62,293 nucleotides of DNA from Brevinematia bacterium (GTDB taxonomy: Bacteria > Spirochaetota > Brevinematia > DTOW01). The stretch spans positions 1 to 62,293 of the forward strand of contig JBCNVF010000014.1 of assembly GCA_039630355.1 (NCBI GenBank), in the 5' to 3' direction. Positions within the stretch are counted from its first letter, which is position 1. Each line of letters starts with the position of its first letter. Shown piece by piece: positions 57,058 through 62,293 of the stretch. A program made the position numbers and the translations under genes. The notes under the pieces were generated by a model, which worked only from the letters and a program-made list of their open reading frames with translations, did no database searches and had not been told where the DNA came from.

Positions 57058-58200
57058 TTATTGTGTTACTACTTTTTTGATAATTTCTGCTTTATGCCTA
57101 GATACTTCTTCTAAGGTGAAGTTTTTTGAATACTGTATCAGACTTTCTGACATTTTTTCTTTTGAGTATTCTCCGGTATAAAATTTCTCAAGGATGTTTG
57201 CTAACTCAATGTAATTGTCTTCTTGGAATATTAAGTCAGGGTTATTTATGACTCTGGGTATTTCTCCTGAAGATGATCCTACACAGGGTGTTCCGCAAGA
57301 CATTGCTTCCACTAAAACTCTTCCGAATTGTTCTTTCCACCACGATACGGTTCTGGAAGGTAAGACTAGGACATCTATGGCCTTGTAGAAGGAAAACATC
57401 TTATCTAGACTAAGGCTTCCGAGGTATGTTACCTTTACTCCTTTTTCCTCGGCGAGCTTGAGTAGGTATTCGTGGTAGTTTTTATCTTCAGGGTATCCTA
57501 CCACAAAAAGCTCGGTATCATTGATATCCCTTTTTTTCAGTTCGTCCATTGCAAGTATAATTGTATCAATTCCCTTTGGTTTGGATATTCTACCAGCAAA
57601 ACCTATTTTGATTTTGGCTTTGCTCATAATGTTCATAGGTTCAGCATCAGTTTTTAGTTCAGGTATGAAGTAGTAAGTTTTATATATTTCTTTATTAAAG
57701 CCTTTCTTTCTATACATATCTGTGGAATCTGTTGATACTACTACTAATGTATTAGCCAGTTTGAGGCTGAACTTTTCAAAGAAATTGAATGGTATTGGAT
57801 GGTTTTTGAAAATATTCTCATCGCTTTCTATGAGAATTTTGGTTTTTGGGCTTAATATCTTTGTAATGAGAGATATTGTGAAGCTTGATGTTGAATATGG
57901 TTCTTGTTTAAGGTATAATGCATCTGGTTTATGTTTGAAAATTAGCCAGGCGATTTTGAAAAGGTTTAGGTAGAAGAATGCCCTAATATGGTTTGTGAAT
58001 ATAGTTTTTAATGGATAGATTTTGTAGTATTTGTCAAGATCTATTGGTTCAAAGTTTTGCCATTTTGAGCTTTCATACCATCGTTTTGCTGTTATTACTG
58101 TCATTTCAAGTCCATGTTTTGACATTTCGTAGAAAAGTTGTCTATAGCTTTTTTCTACAGCTCCGTGCCATACGAATAAGACTTTTATTTTTCCGTCCAT
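57058..58200 (-). CDS. GT4 family glycosyltransferase
   Basis: FAGRISKPKG, LVLPS...EQFGRVLVEAMSCG. Confidence 0.88.
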   Translation of the reverse strand: MDGKIKVLFVWHGAVEKSYRQLFYEMSKHGLEMTVITAKRWYESSKWQNFEPIDLDKYYKIYPLKTIFTNHIRAFFYLNLFKIAWLIFKHKPDALYLKQEPYSTSSFTISLITKILSPKTKILIESDENIFKNHPIPFNFFEKFSLKLANTLVVVSTDSTDMYRKKGFNKEIYKTYYFIPELKTDAEPMNIMSKAKIKIGFAGRISKPKGIDTIILAMDELKKRDINDTELFVVGYPEDKNYHEYLLKLAEEKGVKVTYLGSLSLDKMFSFYKAIDVLVLPSRTVSWWKEQFGRVLVEAMSCGTPCVGSSSGEIPRVINNPDLIFQEDNYIELANILEKFYTGEYSKEKMSESLIQYSKNFTLEEVSRHKAEIIKKVVTQ

Positions 58201-58421
58201 AACTTCCTATTGCTCTGTGTGGAATTCTAATGTAAAATAACTCATGCTAACAAGATTTTGCTGGGGGTTGGTGGAGAGTTTAATTATTCTCTGTGGTGGA
58301 ATTATGATTTCTAGTGGTTGTACTAAAGTAGCTATTGTCCTAAAGATCAGGCTTTTAAGCAAAAAACTGTTGAAAGTCTTTAGGCTTTTGTTTAGGATAA
58401 TAGTGAAAATGGGAGGTTAAG

Positions 58422-60026
58422 ATGGCTAAGGGGTATTGGATGTTGGTTCTGCATGCTCATGTACCGTATGTTAGGCACCCTGAGTATACTGATTCAATGG
58501 AGGAGAGGTGGTTGTATGAGGCGATGTCAGAAACTTATATTCCTCTTTTACAGGTGTTTGAGCAACTTCTTAATGAAGGTGTTGATTTTAGGATAACTAT
58601 GTCTATAACTCCGCCTCTTGCAAATATGTTGGGTGATCCTTTGCTTCAAGATAGGTATGAGAAGCATATTCAGAAGTTAGTAGAGCTTTCTGAGAAGGAG
58701 GTTAATAGAACTAGGTGGTTGCCCGAGTTTCATGAAACTGCAAAGATGTATTTAAGACATTTTACAGATTGTCTGAATGTGTTCTATAAGTATAACAGGA
58801 ATCTTTTAAATGGGTTTAAGATGTTTCAGGATCTGGGTAAGTTGGAGATAATAACGTGTAGTGCTACACATGGTTATGCTCCGCTGATGGAGATGTATCC
58901 GAATGCAGTTAGGGCCCAATACTTGGTAGCGAAGAGAGACTATGAGAGAGTTTTTGGTAAGTCTCCTAGGGGTATTTGGAATGCAGAGTGTGCTTATTAT
59001 CCAGGGCTTGAGGAAATCTTGAGAGAGATAGGGATAAGGTTTTTCTTTGTTGATACTCATGGGGTTCTTTATGCTGATAAAAGGCCTAAGTATGGAGTTT
59101 TTGCACCAATGTATACGAGAAATGGAGTAGCTTTCTTTGGCAGAGATGTTGAGACTTCAAAGTCTGTTTGGAGTGCGAAGGAAGGATATCCAGGTGATCC
59201 TTGGTATAGGGAGTTTTACAGAGACCTTGGCTATGATGCCGATTATGATTACATAAGGCCTTATATTCACGAAAGCGGTATAAGGATTATGACAGGTATA
59301 AAGTATTATAGGATCACAGGGCATGATGTGTCACTTGATAGGAAAGAACCTTACAACTATCACAAGGCTATGGAAAGGGTATGGGAACACGCAGGTAACT
59401 TTATATTTAACAGGCAGAGGCAGATAGAATACCTTTCGGGAATGATGGATAGAGAACCCCTTGTTGTGTCAATGTATGATGCTGAGCTTTTCGGACACTG
59501 GTGGTTTGAAGGACCTCAGTTTATATATGCTGTTGCCAAAAAATGCTGGGAATCAAGAAACTGGGAAACACAGGTTGAGATGATTTTACCTATGGAGTAT
59601 CTACAAAAGTATCCTAGAAATCAAGTTGCAACTCCTCCTATGTGTAGTTGGGGATACAAGGGATATAACGAGTTTTGGCTTTCAGGACCAAATGACTGGA
59701 TATATAGACACCTACATAAAGCGGATGAGAAGATGATAGAATTGGCAAATAAGTTTAAAAATACAAATGATAAGTTAATAGAGAGGGCTTTAAATCAAAT
59801 GGCAAGAGAGCTATTGCTTGCACAGTCGTCAGACTGGGCTTTTATTATGAGAACCGGGACTACTGTTGAATATGCGGTCAAGAGAACAAGAGATCATGTA
59901 AACAGGCTTTTCAGGTTATATGATATGGTTCAATCTGGACATATTGATGTTGAATGGCTTAAATACATTGAATACCTAGATAACATCTTCCCAGAAATAG
60001 ATTTTAGGTATTACGCTGATAAGTGA
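58422..60026 (+). CDS. GH57 family 1,4-alpha-glucan branching enzyme-like (DUF1957)
   Basis: LHAHVPYVRH, EERWLYEA..ETYIP, GIWNAEC, YDAELFGHWWFEG, LLAQSSDW. Confidence 0.9.
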   Translation: MAKGYWMLVLHAHVPYVRHPEYTDSMEERWLYEAMSETYIPLLQVFEQLLNEGVDFRITMSITPPLANMLGDPLLQDRYEKHIQKLVELSEKEVNRTRWLPEFHETAKMYLRHFTDCLNVFYKYNRNLLNGFKMFQDLGKLEIITCSATHGYAPLMEMYPNAVRAQYLVAKRDYERVFGKSPRGIWNAECAYYPGLEEILREIGIRFFFVDTHGVLYADKRPKYGVFAPMYTRNGVAFFGRDVETSKSVWSAKEGYPGDPWYREFYRDLGYDADYDYIRPYIHESGIRIMTGIKYYRITGHDVSLDRKEPYNYHKAMERVWEHAGNFIFNRQRQIEYLSGMMDREPLVVSMYDAELFGHWWFEGPQFIYAVAKKCWESRNWETQVEMILPMEYLQKYPRNQVATPPMCSWGYKGYNEFWLSGPNDWIYRHLHKADEKMIELANKFKNTNDKLIERALNQMARELLLAQSSDWAFIMRTGTTVEYAVKRTRDHVNRLFRLYDMVQSGHIDVEWLKYIEYLDNIFPEIDFRYYADK

Positions 60027-60071
60027 GTTGACTTCTTGGGATCTTCTTTTGGACACAGTTTAGATTAACTT

Positions 60072-60100
60072 TTGAAAGCTTCAGGACGAAGTATTATACT
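60072..60100 (+). promoter_or_regulatory. Sigma70-like promoter
   Basis: TTGAAA-N17-TATACT upstream of GGAGG SD and ATG 60128. Confidence 0.55.
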
Positions 60101-60127
60101 ATTACTATATCTGAGTGGAGGGTAAGT

Positions 60128-60577
60128 ATGGTAAGGTTTGTCCCTGTTTTAGGGCTGTTATTTTTGCTATTTGTGGTTGATGAAGTGTTTTCTGATGAAG
60201 TGAAGGCTCAGAAGAAGGATGAGAGAAAGTATTTTGAGGTTTACAGGGTAATTGGTAAGGGGAAGGATCTTAAGGAAGCTAGGGATGATGCTTATCAGAA
60301 TGCGATAATTGAGTTTCTTAAGAAGAATGTTTCGCCTAAGGATCTAAAGGATAACTCTGAGAAGATACTCAAGGAGATATTTCCATCAAAGAGGATAGTG
60401 GATTTTATTGAGTCGTATAAGGTTATATCTTTGGATGATTCCGGTGATTCGGTAAAGATAGTGATTGACATAGTTGTGAAGGTTGGTAATCTTGTTGAAG
60501 CACTTGAGAAGATAAAAGTTCCTTTGGTGAAACACCAGGAGAGGGAGAAGAGCCCTAAGGGTGAAATTGTTGAGTAA
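60128..60577 (+). CDS. Hypothetical exported protein
   Basis: SD, signal peptide, G.GKDLKEA..DAY.NAI pattern seen in periplasmic alpha/beta domains. Confidence 0.7.
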   Translation: MVRFVPVLGLLFLLFVVDEVFSDEVKAQKKDERKYFEVYRVIGKGKDLKEARDDAYQNAIIEFLKKNVSPKDLKDNSEKILKEIFPSKRIVDFIESYKVISLDDSGDSVKIVIDIVVKVGNLVEALEKIKVPLVKHQEREKSPKGEIVE

Positions 60578-60601
60578 TAGTCAATGGAGTGTCTAAGCTA
60601 G

Positions 60602-61699
60602 TTAGACATTAAATCTTATAAGTATCACATCACCGTCCTTGACTATGTAGTCTTTTCCTTCTACTCTTATTTTACCTTCTTCTTTGGCTTTGGTCCAAGA
60701 GCCTATTTTGACAAGCTCGTCATAGTGGATGACTTCAGCTTTTATAAAGCCTTTTTCCATATCTGAGTGTATTTTGCCAGCTGCTTTTAGTATATTTGTT
60801 CCTTTCTTTACGGTCCATGCTCTGCTCTCAATACCTTTGATGGTGAAGAAGGTTATTAGGTTAAGAATTTTGTAGCCTTCTGTTGCGAGTATTTGAAGTC
60901 CGCTAAGTTCAACTCCTAGTTCCTTCAGGAATGCTTTTCCTTCTTCCTCTGGGAGTTCTGCTATTTCATCTTCAAGTTTTGCAGATATGGGTAGGACCTT
61001 GGTATTTAGGTTTTTGTTTACGTATTCCGCAAGTTTGGTAAAATTTATGTCAGACTCTTCTTTGCCTATAAGTTTCTCATCAATATTAGCAACAATTAGC
61101 ATTGGTTTCGCCGTAAGGAGCTGATATTTTTCAATAGTTTCTTTTTCTTCCTCTGATAGGATACTGATGGCCATTTTTCCGTTAAGTAGTTCGCTGTGTA
61201 GTTTTTCCAAGATTTCTAGTTCTTTGTGCGCTTCTTTGTCACCGGATTTTGCAAGCTTTATTAGTTTTTCTTTGGCTTTTTCAATAAATTCTAGATCCTT
61301 TAGGATGAGTTCTGTGTTTATTATTTCAAGATCTCTTATGGGGTCAATATCTCCTATATGCGGGACCTCGGGTGAATTGAACAGTCTGATTAGGTGTACT
61401 ATTGCGTCTACATCTCTTATGTTTGATAAGAATTGGTTACCAAGTCCTTCTCCTTTACTTGCGTTTTTGACAAGTCCTGCAATGTCAATGAATTTTATTG
61501 TTGTGTAGGTTTTTTTTTGGGAGTTTGACAGTTTTGCTAGGGTATCAAGCCGTTCGTCTCGTATTTCAACAATGCCGACATTGGGTTCTATAGTGCAGAA
61601 AGGATAGTTTGATACCTGAGCGTTAGCTTTTGTTAGGGCATTGAAGAGAGTAGATTTTCCAACGTTAGGAAGTCCTACTATACCACAACTGAATCCCAT
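60602..61699 (-). CDS. ychF: Redox-regulated ATPase YchF
   Basis: GIVGLPNVGKSTLFNALT, NYPFCTIEPN, DIAGLVKNASKGEGLGNQFL, TGS domain. Confidence 0.96.
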   Translation of the reverse strand: MGFSCGIVGLPNVGKSTLFNALTKANAQVSNYPFCTIEPNVGIVEIRDERLDTLAKLSNSQKKTYTTIKFIDIAGLVKNASKGEGLGNQFLSNIRDVDAIVHLIRLFNSPEVPHIGDIDPIRDLEIINTELILKDLEFIEKAKEKLIKLAKSGDKEAHKELEILEKLHSELLNGKMAISILSEEEKETIEKYQLLTAKPMLIVANIDEKLIGKEESDINFTKLAEYVNKNLNTKVLPISAKLEDEIAELPEEEGKAFLKELGVELSGLQILATEGYKILNLITFFTIKGIESRAWTVKKGTNILKAAGKIHSDMEKGFIKAEVIHYDELVKIGSWTKAKEEGKIRVEGKDYIVKDGDVILIRFNV

Positions 61700-61711
61700 T
61701 TTCTACCTCTG

Positions 61712-62293
61712 TTATTGCAGGTATTTCATTATCAGTTCAACACGGGTTTGGACTAGTTTGGATTCTGAGAAGGGGGAGTATATCTTGGGGTTGGGTAGGA
61801 TTGCTATAAGTCTAGCAGTTTCTTCAATAGATAGTGAGGAGATATCTTTTTTGAAAAAGTATTTGCTTGCTGAGTTTATGCCGAATATTCCTCTTCCCCA
61901 TTCTGCGTAGTTGAGATAAAGTTCTATGATTCTATTTTTGCCTAGGATTAATTCCATTTCAATTGTGATGATTAGTTCAAGATATTTTCTGATGAAGCTT
62001 TTTTCTGGTAGTAGTAGCATTGTTCTAGCAACTTGCTGAGAGATTGTGCTACCTCCGTAGTATCTTATGTTACCAATCTTTAGGTTTTTCTGCAAGGCCA
62101 TTGTGATGCTTTCAATGTCTATTCCTGTATGTCTGTAGAAATTGCAGTCTTCTGCTATTACTAACATTCTAACAATTTTGCTGGGGATACGGTTTAGAGG
62201 AATAAAAGAATGTTTTACCTCCTTTATTCCAAGTTCTCTTTTCCTAGCTTCCATAAGAGGGGTTGTCTTAGGGTTGTTAAATTTCAGATATAC
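61712..62293 (-). CDS. mtgA: Monofunctional peptidoglycan transglycosylase, 5' truncated by window edge
   Basis: AEDCNFYRH.GID, GGSTISQQVAR, RKYLE, LYLNYAEWG; frame stays open to the window end (VYLKFNNPKTTPLM). Confidence 0.88.
   Translation of the reverse strand, partial: VYLKFNNPKTTPLMEARKRELGIKEVKHSFIPLNRIPSKIVRMLVIAEDCNFYRHTGIDIESITMALQKNLKIGNIRYYGGSTISQQVARTMLLLPEKSFIRKYLELIITIEMELILGKNRIIELYLNYAEWGRGIFGINSASKYFFKKDISSLSIEETARLIAILPNPKIYSPFSESKLVQTRVELIMKYLQ

Noticed and set aside
58201-58420. Possible element relic and a short imperfect repeat (CTCTGTG.TGGAATT twice)
   Set aside because: The similarity is too weak to distinguish from AT-rich background by eye.
1718-61910. Numerous 60-300 aa ORFs antisense to or nested in real genes (for example 8585-9286, 21867-22769, 4097-4540)
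   Set aside because: They are Ser/Leu/Phe/Ile-rich shadows of purine-rich coding strands, with no SD or family motifs.

Overview
Housekeeping chromosomal window from an AT-rich bacterium that is very likely a spirochete. This inference rests on a FlaB-type flagellin starting MIINHN with a CsrA-type leader hairpin, a PilZ-GAF-PilZ protein and a lipoprotein GH13; the E/K-rich proteins suggest a thermophile. It holds about 46 CDS (alaS, recJ, flgG, cca, der, pstS, rtcB, flgM, degP, accA, aroC, murD, leuD, hisB, murG, flaB, bamA, birA, topA, proC, def, ychF and others) in very fragmented gene order, plus one tRNA-Val(TAC). No transposase, integrase, phage, cas gene or CRISPR array was seen. The main unexplained signal is a dispersed non-coding element of about 210 bp with terminal inverted repeats CAATAAATTC(C/T)AA. 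There are four clear full-length copies and several deleted or decayed ones, occupying most large intergenic gaps. One copy has a perfect 10-bp target duplication and another supplies the C-terminus and stop codon of murD. It looks like a MITE family with no cognate transposase in the window. Other notable points: the leuD stop codon lies inside tRNA-Val; a class III nucleotide cyclase has non-adenylate specificity residues; phased 11-bp repeats sit at the flgM and pstS promoters; and an identical sigma28-like motif precedes two non-flagellar genes. All alignments were done by eye and no database search was run.
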